DNA from: a virus
Direction: 5' to 3' (one strand)
Length of the DNA: 64,000 nucleotides
IMG/VR virus record: IMGVR_UViG_3300050821_006606
Span: 2,960-66,959 of that record
The translations under genes were made by a program, and so were the position numbers. A model generated the notes under the pieces. That model did not search any database. It saw only the letters and a program-made list of their open reading frames with translations, and was not told where the DNA came from. This document shows positions 27,414-37,931 of this stretch, one piece after another (position 1 is the stretch's first letter; each line of letters starts with the position of its first letter).

Positions 27414-29048
27414 TCAGTTCATGGGATGCGTGCTGGTCGTCACCCTGCCGTCGTAAAGCTGGTGACTGAGGTCGTTAAGCAATCCGGCGATCATCATGAC
27501 CGGCAATCCAGCGGTATCGATGGTCTGGACATCCTCGCAGTACCGCCCGTCCTCGCTCACCGTGAAGGTAATCGTCAGGGCGTAACTCTTGCCGGCGATG
27601 ACGGTGCCTTCGTTCACCGCTGTCTCGGCGGCGTCATCTGAGCGGATAGCCGCGGCGTGCCGCCCTTCGTGAAGTTCCGGTTGAACGCTTCGTCCGGCTT
27701 CACCGGTTCCGGCATCTTCATGGCGCCCTTGCGCTTCGGCTTGTGAGCGGCCTTCTTCTTGCCCGGGTGCATCTCGATCGAGGGTGTCAGCACGGCGTTT
27801 TTCATGGGTCGATTCCCTATCAGTCGAGGCGACCTTACCCCTCGTTCTTGCTGAGACGCCAGATGGCCTCGACGGCGATCATGATTTCGCGCTGTTCGTC
27901 CTCAAGCAACGCACCACGGCAGGAGATTTCCTGTTTCCCGAGCCATTCCCGATCGTAGGCGGCGAAGCTGATATCGCTCAGCCGCTTGCCACATGGCTTC
28001 TCGCCGTTGTTTTTATTCGTGCACCGGCCATCCGGCCCGAAGTTGTGGAGCGCGATGCTCATCCACCAATGCGCCTCGGATCGCCAAAGCCGATTTTAAC
28101 CGGGAATGGCGCCTTTTCCTTGGGAACACTATCCAGAGCCTTTCGCATTTGCTCGCGCGCTCCGGACATCACCTTGCCGTCGATCACGTCGCCGATCGCC
28201 CGGTGAAAGTTCTCGTGCACTGGGTCTGGCACGGCCTGTTTGACCGGTCCCGCAGTGGTCTCCACCGTCTCAGTCGGCCCGATGTAATCGCGTTTGCCTT
28301 GGTCGTTGACGCGCATCAGTGCGTCAGACAGGCTTGCGATCGTCTCTGCGTCATGGCCGCGCAGGATCTCCATTGCCGCTGCCTCGCCTTCCAGGCCCTC
28401 GATCCGATCGCGCTGGGTCAAGTTCTCCATGCGCAGCCGGCGGATTTCATTTCCGGCTTCAATCGCGTCAGCCCGAGCCGCATTGCGTTCATCATATAAC
28501 CGCCGTGCGGTTTCATGCAGTGAGTCGACGCGAAGTTGGAGGCGTTGGAACGTGTCTGTAGCTTCGGCCAGCACTGGCGCAAGTCCATCCGGCGCGAGCG
28601 CCGCCATCGCGCGGTAGATCATTGTAACATCTGATGCCTTGAAATCATCTTCGCCAGCCTGGAAAGCCGCCATTCCAGCCTCAACCATCTGCGCCGTCAC
28701 AGGCTGGCACTCCGGGTCGGCCAGCATGGCCTCCGCTTCGCGCTGGCGGACTGTCTGAGGATCAACAACAATCGTCCAGTCGGCAGAAGCTTCGACCTTC
28801 TTGATCGTCGTGCCGCCCGCCTCGTTGTGCCGGAGAAGCTCGCCATTCGGATAACAAATCTTTGTGATCACGCCCTGTTCATTGGTTTCAAGGCGGCCCA
28901 TGCCATGTTTGGCTGCCTCAGCGGCGATGCCCTTGCTGTCCGCTGGCCAAATGGCGAGCATTGCATTGAGCGCTCTAACGGAGGTGGCGTCTTCCTTAGC
29001 AGAATCTATCCGTTTCATTGCTTCCTGAATTATCTGATCCGCTGTCAT
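27414..29048 (-). other. Hypothetical ORFs (27414-27617, 27614-27805 basic, 27835-28062, 28059-29048 coiled-coil)
   Basis: Coupled same-strand ORFs. Confidence 0.55.
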
Positions 29049-29530
29049 TTCGATTTCCTCCGTGTTGTGATCTTCGCGGTGCCGGCGTTGACAGCGGCCA
29101 TCTTCGGCTCGCCGTATTTCTGGACGGACGCGCGCTTTACCACGTATTCACCCCTCTGGGCAGCGATCAGACCGTCGTCCCTGCCGATTGGCTTTCCGGT
29201 CACTTTGCGCACGGCGCCGCCTTTCTTGAAGCCAGTCGGATCTGGGTCTTTCTTCCGGTCGGCCGCCTCTTTCTTCATCATGCGGTCGATGTCCGCCAGC
29301 CGATTGCGTCGCTCGCCTGGGTCCGCTGGTGGAAAGCCCTGCCTGAACGGATCGACCTCGCCGCCGTCGGCGTAACCCTTCGACCGTTTTTTCGACGGAT
29401 GATCGCGAACCACGGCATTCGCTGCCATCGCGGCCCGTTTTGGCGAAGCGCCACGGTCAAGCATACTTTGCTCGACGTGATCCCACTGGCGTTTTTGCGC
29501 GGGTGTCTTGGCCTTGGCGCTGCGCGGCAT
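29045..29530 (-). CDS. Basic protein, ChaB-like N-terminus plus GG..GEYVV module
   Basis: RQWDHV..RAAMAANAVV; YADGGEV, FKKGGAV..DDGLIAAQRGEYVVK. Confidence 0.45.
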   Translation of the reverse strand: MPRSAKAKTPAQKRQWDHVEQSMLDRGASPKRAAMAANAVVRDHPSKKRSKGYADGGEVDPFRQGFPPADPGERRNRLADIDRMMKKEAADRKKDPDPTGFKKGGAVRKVTGKPIGRDDGLIAAQRGEYVVKRASVQKYGEPKMAAVNAGTAKITTRRKSK

Positions 29531-29533
29531 GGC

Positions 29534-29716
29534 CTATTTCTTCCCGCCGTGATAGTGCGGACCACCGGGCGCGGCGCCCTTGCGGCGAGCGATCTGCCCG
29601 ATGACCGCCTTCGGTACGCCCTGTGCTTCAAGTTGCGCGGCCCGCCCGCCGTGTCCGAGTTTGTTACTTTTGCCGTGATAAGACCCAGTTTTGCGGGTCG
29701 AGCCTGACTTCGCCAT
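29534..29716 (-). CDS. Small Gly/Lys/His-rich basic protein
   Basis: AGGAG RBS; MAKSGSTRKTGSYHGK.. Confidence 0.6.
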   Translation of the reverse strand: MAKSGSTRKTGSYHGKSNKLGHGGRAAQLEAQGVPKAVIGQIARRKGAAPGGPHYHGGKK

Positions 29717-29768
29717 GGCTGGAACTCCTGTTTCCGCCCCCACCATACGGCAAATGCGCCGTTGGCGG

Positions 29769-31666
29769 TCAATCCTTCTCCGCGGCAGCAAGCATCGCGT
29801 CCCAGATATCTTCAAAGTCGCTGTACTCCGAACCCTCAAGGATCATGTCGCGGGTCGCCCTACGGCGGACGATCGCGTAACCCCCCTCGGAAAGCCACGC
29901 GATGAAGCGGCGCTCCTGGCAGGGGCACAGAACGTGCCCGGGCTTCCGTCCCATGCAAGCACACGCGATAGGTTCAAACGCCGGCGAGCGGGCAACGCGG
30001 CTGGCGGCGAGCGCCGCACGCACGCGGTCTCGAATTTCGTCGGTCATGGCTTGCCCGCCAATCCACAGTAGCCTGAAGAAGTAAATCCGCCATATCGATT
30101 GGGCGTAGGATCGCCAAGTCGCCACGCCATGCACAGAGAACCGACGCAAAAAATGCTGAGTTTGTCCTCTTGCTGGTTGCGAAGATAAGCGGCTTTCAGC
30201 GTGGCCGGCCCGGTTTGCACACTGACCGCGCGCGACGCCGCGAACGGACACCACAGCTTCTTGGCCTCTTCCTCGGTCATGATGCTGTCTCCTGCCTGAG
30301 CGCTCTGAAGGCCGCGACGACGCGATCCTCTGCCTCAGGTGAGAGAAGCGGCTCGTCCGGCGGCTCATCCCGATAAATGCCGGACAAGATTTTGAACTGA
30401 AGCATCCAGACAGCCCAAGGATGCCAGCCGTGTTTCTCGGCGATCTTCATGTCGCGCTCGAATTCAGCGTTCACGGTTCCTCTTCGGCGGCGCGGCGTAG
30501 GGCGCGCTGTGCGTCCTCAACCACTTCCCGCCTCTCGAAGGCGCCACGGCCCCCACCTTCACCGAGCCACGTTTCTCGGTATTCGGCGAGCAGCGCCTTC
30601 AGCGCCCGTTCCATGTCCTCGGCCGCGCCAAGTTTGGCGGCGATGCGTTCGATCTTGACGTTCTCGTTCCAGCCGCGGGTAGTTTGGTTCACTTCAGTCC
30701 ACCAGAGCGCCTCTCCGCTTTCATCGACGCCGCGAATGATGTTGCCTTCGCGTTTCCAGGTCATGATTGCTCTCCCAAAATCTCAGCCGCCTCAGCGATG
30801 CACGTCGGGCAGTAGGCGCGCGACTCGTATTCACCGATCGAGACAGCGCGCTCGACCTCGGCTTGACACCCAGCGCAAGAGATGTGCGACCACGACTTAT
30901 TCCCGATAATTTCAGCCACCGCATCGGGCCGAGGCTTGTCGCCCAAAGCGACGAGGCGCTCGTAAATATCCGCTCCGCTGGAATGTATCCATGATCCTGC
31001 TCTGAATTGCTCTCGCTTCCATTTTTCGGCCACTCTGCGGCAGCGATCCTCGGCCGTGAGGATCTCGACATACTTCGCCCGCATCACTTTCTCCTCCGCC
31101 AAGAGGTTCCCCACTCCCAGAGTTTCACCAGACCCAGGACGAACACCGTCACGCCGAGCACCAGACCGGCCATGATGATGTTCGCCCACACGAACAAGAA
31201 GATGCCCGCCAGACCCAACACAAGGCCCACGGCAAGCACCAGGATCAGCAGCAGCCCGAGCACGCCGTTGATCAGGTCGCTCATGGACGCGCCACAATCG
31301 CGATGACACCGGCCCAGACCGTCACCCACGCGCCCAGCGCGCACCACACGGCCGGCTCACCACCGACCAGCTTGGCACCGTGCAGCAAGAACCCGAGACC
31401 GACCACGGCGCCGATCGAGCTAAAGAGCATTGTCACGTCAGTTGCCTCACCAACGCGATCGCCTCTTCGAAGGCCATGTAACGCAACTCACTTGCTGCAT
31501 CATCCCGCCTCGCTTTCAGCACCCGCAGAACATCCGCGACCGTCGGGCCGGCGGAGACAATCTCCGCATTCTTGCCCCTATCGCACCAAAAACTCGCATC
31601 GACGGCCGCTTCCCGCAGGCTATCATAGGTGATTTGGTACGCCCCTGCTTTCACGATGTAGCTCAT
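29769..31666 (-). other. Cluster of about 8 small hypothetical ORFs, including membrane peptides
   Basis: e.g. 29769-30047, 30044-30280, 30277-30474, 30471-30764, 30761-31084, 31084-31284, 31433-31666. Confidence 0.5.
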
Positions 31667-32055
31667 GATTTCCCTCTCCCCTTTTTCGGCTTCTGCCCAC
31701 CACGGAAAAACGGCTCGACCGGAGCGCCCACGGGACGCGGCGGCGGCTTCTCCGGCGCAACCAGAGCCAGCTTGCTTTCGTCCAGCACGGGCACCGTCGG
31801 CGCCACTTTCGGGTGCTGGGCGATCTCGGCCAACCGGCGCCGGCGAACCTCAACAGTCACCACGGGAGGGCCTTGCGCCAATTCCGGCAGAATGACCGGC
31901 CCTAAAGCTCGCTCCAAAAGAGCCGAAACAGTCATTCCCATTGTTGCCCGATTGGTGTCGCAACGGGCAACTAAACGCGCGTACAGATCATTCGGAAGCC
32001 GAACGCTGAGCATCGTCGTCTTGCTGGTTGTCGCCTTCGCCACCGCCGATTCCAA
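31663..32055 (-). CDS. Ribbon-helix-helix-like DNA-binding protein
   Basis: KTTMLSVRLPNDLYARL..TVSALLERAL. Confidence 0.6.
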   Translation of the reverse strand: MESAVAKATTSKTTMLSVRLPNDLYARLVARCDTNRATMGMTVSALLERALGPVILPELAQGPPVVTVEVRRRRLAEIAQHPKVAPTVPVLDESKLALVAPEKPPPRPVGAPVEPFFRGGQKPKKGRGKS

Positions 32056-32069
32056 TTTTCAATCGGCCA

Positions 32070-32094
32070 CTGTCATACAGTGACTGTCAGACAG
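32070..32094. promoter_or_regulatory. Tandem palindromic operator CTGTCAnACAG x2
   Basis: CTGTCATACAG 32070-80 and CTGTCAGACAG 32084-94 directly upstream of the RHH gene. Confidence 0.55.
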
Positions 32095-32107
32095 AAGGAA
32101 GAGGTAT

Positions 32108-33691
32108 TTACAGGCCCATCCAATCATCCCGGGCACCGCCGCCGGTCTGCATCCTCGGCGCACGTGGCGAGTTCCGCACCGGCCGATCCCGTACTGGTTC
32201 CGCGAACGTCAACGCGATTGCGTCCCATTCGTCCGGCGACCGCACCCCACGGGCGCGTATCTGTTCCTTGCTCTCCAGCACCAACCTCTGGTCCGTCGTC
32301 CTGTAGGTGTATCCAGGCGCCGCGGCGTCCGCCTGCAATCCGTCTTCGTCCGGCAAATCAGCACCACCGACCTGTTCCAGCCACTCCTTCGAGCGCATCC
32401 ACATCTCGGCCCGCCGGTTCGCCGGACCCGCCCGCTTCGTCCCATCGTCCGCGATCAGCATCTCGGTCTGCGGCGCGCTCCCGAAGTTCACCAGCACCAT
32501 GCACGAGGAGTACGGTTCTCCCCAGGACACAAGCAGATCGAATAGCCGATCTCCGCCACCGCCCGCATCGATGAACATCCGCGCCGGCTTGTGCAGATCG
32601 ATGATATCCCGGAGCCACGCCAATGCCTCAACCGTCCCAATCTTTGATCGGGATTCTACCTGCATGACTTTCCGGCCGCGGCGCCAAGCAACAGAAAACC
32701 GATCATCTCCAAATCGTGCAGGGTCGACACCAACAACAAGAGGCCCAACACCATCAAGGCTGCGCTTTCGTGCCGCGACAACCAGTTCCGGATCGATGTA
32801 GCTCTGCCGCCCGCTGGCTTCGAACATCTCCACCGCATTCGCCGCGTACTCCTGCTTGAACAATCTCGGGTCTCGCAACTCGTCCATTTTCGCGCGCCGC
32901 CACACCATTTGACCTTCTGTCAGAGAATACAAATCGCGGTAACGGCGCTCCTCATCGGTCAGGCTAAACCCTTCTGGCACTGGTCGCGTATAATCTTCTG
33001 TCCAGAACCATGGAGCGAAGATCGCCTCGTAATCCCCTGTTCTTGCTTCCGCTCTTTGCCAGCGCTCGTAGAATTCTCCCCATGGGCCATTGCCCGTGCT
33101 CTCCAGGATAATCTCTGTGCCAGGAAGGTCAGGAACCGTCTGCACCACACCAGCGAAATGCTCGGCCGCATTCGGCCAGAACGCCACCTCTGAGCCGTGT
33201 AGAAGGTGCACGGTCTTGGACCTGCCACGCGCCTTGGTGCCGGCCGTACCGACACTGTAGCCGCCGTCCAGCTTATCGAAGGTCAGTTCCTTGGCGTTGT
33301 TGACGCTTGTCGACGGCTTCAGCGGACAGTGCTCGTGGAACCGCTCGACCATCTCAAACAGAGTGTCCGTCGCGTCTTGCTCGTGCGTCAGGATGAACGT
33401 CTCGGTGCCACGATACATCGTCGTCCGGTGGAAAAACCGCGCGCCAACGTACGTGCTCACGCCGCCCTGCCGGCCCTTACCGATGATCGCCCGGACTTTC
33501 CCGGTGCGACGCTTCTGATCTTCCAACTTTTTATGAAGAAACTGCTGCGCACGATTGAAAACAAGGGGAATTATCTGCCCGTCCTTGCCCTTGATCCGCA
33601 GTGCTTCGGATGCATAGAGCGTCAAATCCTCCCGGAGCCGGCGAAGGCCCTCGACACGGCGGGCCATGCGAGCATCAGCGAGGGTCGTCAC
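32108..33691 (-). CDS. terL: Terminase large subunit
   Basis: KGRQGGVST Walker A, LLHGSEVAFW Walker B, IILESTGNG coupling motif, GVDPARFGDD and RSPDEWDA nuclease motifs. Confidence 0.95.
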   Translation of the reverse strand: MTTLADARMARRVEGLRRLREDLTLYASEALRIKGKDGQIIPLVFNRAQQFLHKKLEDQKRRTGKVRAIIGKGRQGGVSTYVGARFFHRTTMYRGTETFILTHEQDATDTLFEMVERFHEHCPLKPSTSVNNAKELTFDKLDGGYSVGTAGTKARGRSKTVHLLHGSEVAFWPNAAEHFAGVVQTVPDLPGTEIILESTGNGPWGEFYERWQRAEARTGDYEAIFAPWFWTEDYTRPVPEGFSLTDEERRYRDLYSLTEGQMVWRRAKMDELRDPRLFKQEYAANAVEMFEASGRQSYIDPELVVAARKRSLDGVGPLVVGVDPARFGDDRFSVAWRRGRKVMQVESRSKIGTVEALAWLRDIIDLHKPARMFIDAGGGGDRLFDLLVSWGEPYSSCMVLVNFGSAPQTEMLIADDGTKRAGPANRRAEMWMRSKEWLEQVGGADLPDEDGLQADAAAPGYTYRTTDQRLVLESKEQIRARGVRSPDEWDAIALTFAEPVRDRPVRNSPRAPRMQTGGGARDDWMGL

Positions 33692-34719
33692 CTGCGATTA
33701 TCTCCTGGACGTGCTTGAGCGGTTCGCCGGGCCCATAGCCGCAGTGGGCACAGAACCACGGATATTTCCGATGCGGCCGAAACAAATGCAAGTCCGCTTT
33801 CGTCCGAGGCGGCGTGACGGTCCAGACGGCGGACCGCAGCATCTCCGCCGCCTCAGTGAGTGTCGTCATCACAACGACGCGCGAGCATCTGAGGCACTGA
33901 GAAATCCTCGCTCAGTCCATGGGCGGGTTTCGTCCGGATTGATCGCGAACATCAACGAAAACAGCCCGGTGCCGTCCAGCGCTTGCTCTCCCATGGTCAA
34001 CTGAGCCGCCATCAGCGAGGCGAGATCATCCATGAAATCCTTGTCGGTTTCGGGCGTGAGACCATCAATCCCACGCATAACCTGACCACGAATAGCGCCG
34101 CGCAAGCTATCCATGACGCGCTGGCTCCGAGCGCTGCGAGCGACCCGTGGTAATTGCTCACGAAACATTTTCCGGGATGCCAGGCAAACAACCTGCCCAC
34201 CGGCTGACGGCCCCTCGGCCAGCGTCGCCACGATCACAAGTTTTGAGTGTGACCATGCGGTTCGAACGAATTCAGGAGTATCGTCTGGCATCTCACTCGT
34301 CCCTGAATAGCGCCAGGAGATCACCGGCATCTGGCTGCGTCTCGGCCCAGGACTTCAGCGAGGCCGTCCGTAGCACGGCGGCATCACGCGCTTCCGCCTG
34401 CGCCTCACCCCACGCCTTCAGTAGCGTCGCCCTATCCAGCCCGGGCATCGAGGGCCGTCGCTTCCGCCTGCGCAACTCCTCCCGCAGCAGTCCCGGACGC
34501 CGCTCAGCCTCCATCGGATCTATGCCCATTTCAACAGTCCTTCCAGCAGATACATTTTGTATCGGCCGCACCGCAATGCGGACAATAGAGCGAGAACAGT
34601 GCACACCGATCGTCTGGCGTCAGCGTGTCGAGAGCAGCAATGAGCGCCGCTGAAACGCCACGCGACACAGCCGCCGCGACATCGATCTCGTGCCGCGCCT
34701 TTTCCCAATCCTCGATCAT
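33675..34719 (-). other. Small hypothetical ORFs between TerL and the methyltransferase
   Basis: 33675-33872, 33869-about 34291, and two short ORFs to about 34719. Confidence 0.45.
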
Positions 34720-35303
34720 TCCGCCGCGATCTCCATGAACATCCCGCCGTCCGCACGTAGCCGTAACCACTTGCCCGGAATACCACAATCCCGTAGCCGC
34801 AAAGCATCGGTCTCCCCATAGGCAATCAAGATCGAAGGAGCGCCAGCATTTCCGCCGCCTTGATCGGCCCGTGGCAATGTCCCATCGCCGCGATGAAATA
34901 CCAAGCGGCCCTTAATGAACAGCACGGCAGTTGCTCGCTCCCATATTGTCTCAAAGAATATCGCGGTTTCGGTCCGAGCAAATATCAGCGCGGTCCCTAC
35001 CCCATGATCGGCCATGCGTCGCATCCACGGCGCGATTTGTGCCCTCGGGCCATACGGCGGGTTGAGCCAGACACGACCGAACCACGGCCGCGCCAAAGAG
35101 TTGTCAGCGCGTGTCCACATCGTCTCGGCAGTCGGCCATGGTCGCGGCTCCGGCGCGGCACATGGGTCGAGCGCGAAGAGGCCAAGCGCCTCCAGAATAA
35201 ATGGTGGCGTCAGCCACGTATGCGTTTGAGCATTGTGTGATTGATGCGAGCCCATCGCTCTGACGCGCTGAAGAGGCGTATCGAACAGCGCCAAGTCGCT
35301 CAC
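34716..35303 (-). CDS. Phage N6-adenine DNA methyltransferase (phage Dam family)
   Basis: WLTPP..FALDPCAA..VWLNPPYG..ARTET..GRLVF. Confidence 0.85.
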   Translation of the reverse strand: MSDLALFDTPLQRVRAMGSHQSHNAQTHTWLTPPFILEALGLFALDPCAAPEPRPWPTAETMWTRADNSLARPWFGRVWLNPPYGPRAQIAPWMRRMADHGVGTALIFARTETAIFFETIWERATAVLFIKGRLVFHRGDGTLPRADQGGGNAGAPSILIAYGETDALRLRDCGIPGKWLRLRADGGMFMEIAAE

Positions 35304-36870
35304 CGGGCAAGCTCGTCCAGCCGATCCGCGACCATCTCAGGGGTCACGTCGCGGTCGGGAACGGGCTCATACGCGCCCAGTATGAACGCATTGCACATGA
35401 GATCATTGCCGAACGTATCCCGGGTGAAATGACCGACAGAGAAATACCCCTGCGGACGATCGCCAGCCCATTGCTCCCATGCCAGCCGCATAGCGCAGGC
35501 CGAGCACGCCGCGAAGTTCCAGTCGAACCGGACCGGCCACTGGTCCTGGCGCCTCAGCAGCCACGCCAGCCCGCGCACCGACGGCACTGACAGATCGGGC
35601 TTCTCCGGTAGAGCGTCAAAAGGCATTGGTGTTCTCCGTGATTTTAGCTTTCGCGGTGTCGCCAAAGTGCCGGCGAGCAGCAATCCGTCTAGCAGCTTCC
35701 CGGAAGATGCGCACCTCATTCTCGGCCTTGATAGCCGCGATTTCGCGGTTCAACTCACCGCGTACTCGAATATCCTGCGCTCGGTCTTCGAGCCAGTCCG
35801 CCCGACGATCAATCCAATCCGTAAGGCAATCAAGCCAGCGCATCGTTCCCTCCGCAGGTGTTTACACCCAGGCCAAGTGTTTACACCGGTGTTTACACTC
35901 AGCCGAAAGTGTTTACACCCAATCGCCTCATGGATCACTCCAGTTCGATCGCGCGCACCGCCACGGCAGGCGTGCCGACCTCATGACCGTCATCGAGATC
36001 GAGTTCGCGCGTTGTCCGGAGCGGCGCGGGTTCTGGTGCCGGGACAGGTGATGGCAGCGGCTGGTATGCGGCCATCAGACTCGCGCGGTAATTCTCCAGC
36101 ATGGCGCGTTCGATCTGGCCGGCAGACGCCAGACCATTGCCGAGACCCTGTGTCTCCCGCCCGAGCGCTTGCATTCCCTCCGCTGTCGCCAATGCCGCCG
36201 CGTAGGGCATCTGTTGTGGTCTCCTGTAGCGCTGCGTAGCCTGCTGCACCAAGCGATCCCGCTCCACCCGCGTCATCGATGCCCATTGTGCCTCATCGAC
36301 AAGCGTAAACGGCACATCTTTCTCCCGAGACGCATCGAGCGCCTCCGTTATCGGCGGCGGCTCACGCTCAAACGGCCGCACCGGCTCCCTGAAAGGCGCC
36401 TGTTCCCGCCGATAGCGCTGTCTTGCGTATTCCCGGGCCATTGCCGATGCATCGACGCTGAGACGCGGCGTCCGGCCGTCCGGCTCATAGTTCAGATCGT
36501 CGATGCGCGCGAGAACGTCGGGCATGAGTTGCGCCATCATCTCTTTCGTCGGGACAGCCATCAGAACATCTCCGCGCCGAAGTGTTTACACCTTCACCCA
36601 CGTAAATCCAGCCTTATGCGCCGCTCGCACGCTCTTGAAATGGCGCACCTGACGAAAGCCAGTGGTATTGGTCGGCGAGGCCGCGCCCTGGACGATCCAG
36701 ATGCCGCCGGCCTGATCTTTGTGCCGCGGCGTGCGGTGCGACGGCGGCCGCTTCCAAAGTTTCTCCCGCTGCCCGGCCAACCAGCGTTCGCCCATCGTCT
36801 CCCGTGCACTGTCTGACAGACTGTAAGACAGTCCCGGGCGCCGCGCCTTGCTCCAATCGAGCTTGCTCAC
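35300..36870 (-). other. Hypothetical ORFs (35300-35626, 35616-35843, 35935-36561, 36586-36870)
   Basis: Same-strand ORFs with RBSs. Confidence 0.5.
35858..35918. repeat. Four copies of near-palindromic GTGTTTACAC (fifth at 36582-36591)
   Basis: Exact 10-mers at 35858, 35877, 35889, 35909, 36582. Confidence 0.85.
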
Positions 36871-37295
36871 TGCCTGCTGGCCGCGATCAGACGAACAACA
36901 TTGAGCGACGCGCCGGTTTGGAGCGCGATTTGCTCCGGTGGCGTCCCGCGAACGAGCATCGCCGCGATAGTCGTCCGGACATCGCCGGCAATCTCCCAGA
37001 GATTAAAATTCCTCATGATCATCTCCCATCATAGACCGAATCCAACGTAACGCCGCTACATCGCGCCATCAATATGCTGCCGCGCCGACCTTGCGTGCCA
37101 TCAGGAATTACCAAACGCGCGGCCCTACGAGCATTAGGCACACCGCCCGGCTACGCCTTGACCGAGCAGGGCAACTGCAAGGATGGGAGAGAGACCTGTC
37201 TGAAGACCCTGTGACGAGCAAAGCCCGCACGCGCCTCAATGCGCGCCCTTAACAAATAAGGGGGGTGGGGGGGTTCGTGCCTGAACGCTGAGAGG

Positions 37296-37631
37296 TCAAC
37301 GCCCAAGACGATCAAGGATCGCCTCGAAAGTTTCGTCCACTGTGTGTTCCATGGGCTGCGACGGCTTACCATAGGCGCGGTCCAGGAGCTCACGGGCGGC
37401 ACCCTGCTGCACACTCTCGGCCTGAGCGAGCTTGATGTCCGGGAGGCGCTTCAGCGGCTTTGTGAGGCCGGCCTGAACGGCGAGAGCGAGCAAGGCGTCT
37501 GGGCCATATTTGCGAGCGATGAGACGATCTTCGCGGCCGACCTTGTTCGGGATGCCCTTACGCGAGCCGCCGCCGTATCTGACGCCCTTTGGCGGTCCTC
37601 GCTTCTTCTTGAGAGGCGGCGCGTCGTTCAT
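37296..37631 (-). CDS. Probable terminase small subunit
   Basis: GGSRKGIPNKV..ARELLDRAYGKPSQ, typical of TerS-like proteins; upstream of TerL. Confidence 0.65.
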   Translation of the reverse strand: MNDAPPLKKKRGPPKGVRYGGGSRKGIPNKVGREDRLIARKYGPDALLALAVQAGLTKPLKRLPDIKLAQAESVQQGAARELLDRAYGKPSQPMEHTVDETFEAILDRLGR

Positions 37632-37931
37632 AACTCACTGGCTCGCACTTTTGCGTTTTTCGGCGAATTGAGCGAGCCGCTTCTGGTCTGTCGGATATCC
37701 GGCGCGAGCCCATTGATTTCGCTGCCAGTTTGTGAGGCGCTTGATGATGGGCTGAAGCTCGGTCGGGATTTTCATGCCGGATCACCGCTTATTGGGAGGT
37801 TGGCTTCCGCCGCGGGAGTTCGGCGGTTGCCGTGGAGGGCCGGCGTCATGTTGTCAGCCGTGAGCCTCCTGTGTGGCCTTTCGGCTGGCTTGGTAAGAAC
37901 CGCGCCGCGCCGCTCCCCCACGTGGATCGGT

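Noticed and set aside
18910-33691. Introns or inteins in portal or TerL
   Set aside because: Both ORFs are continuous and of normal length with no splicing motifs
35858-35918. CRISPR or mini-array interpretation of the repeats (also 11325-11421)
   Set aside because: Repeats are only 10 bp or degenerate, spacers are short and irregular, and there are no cas genes
37825-37900. SAM-I riboswitch resemblance (TTCTTACCAAG..CGGCAACC)
   Set aside because: Missing the AUC-AGAG, kink-turn/pseudoknot and GGUGC..GAU elements
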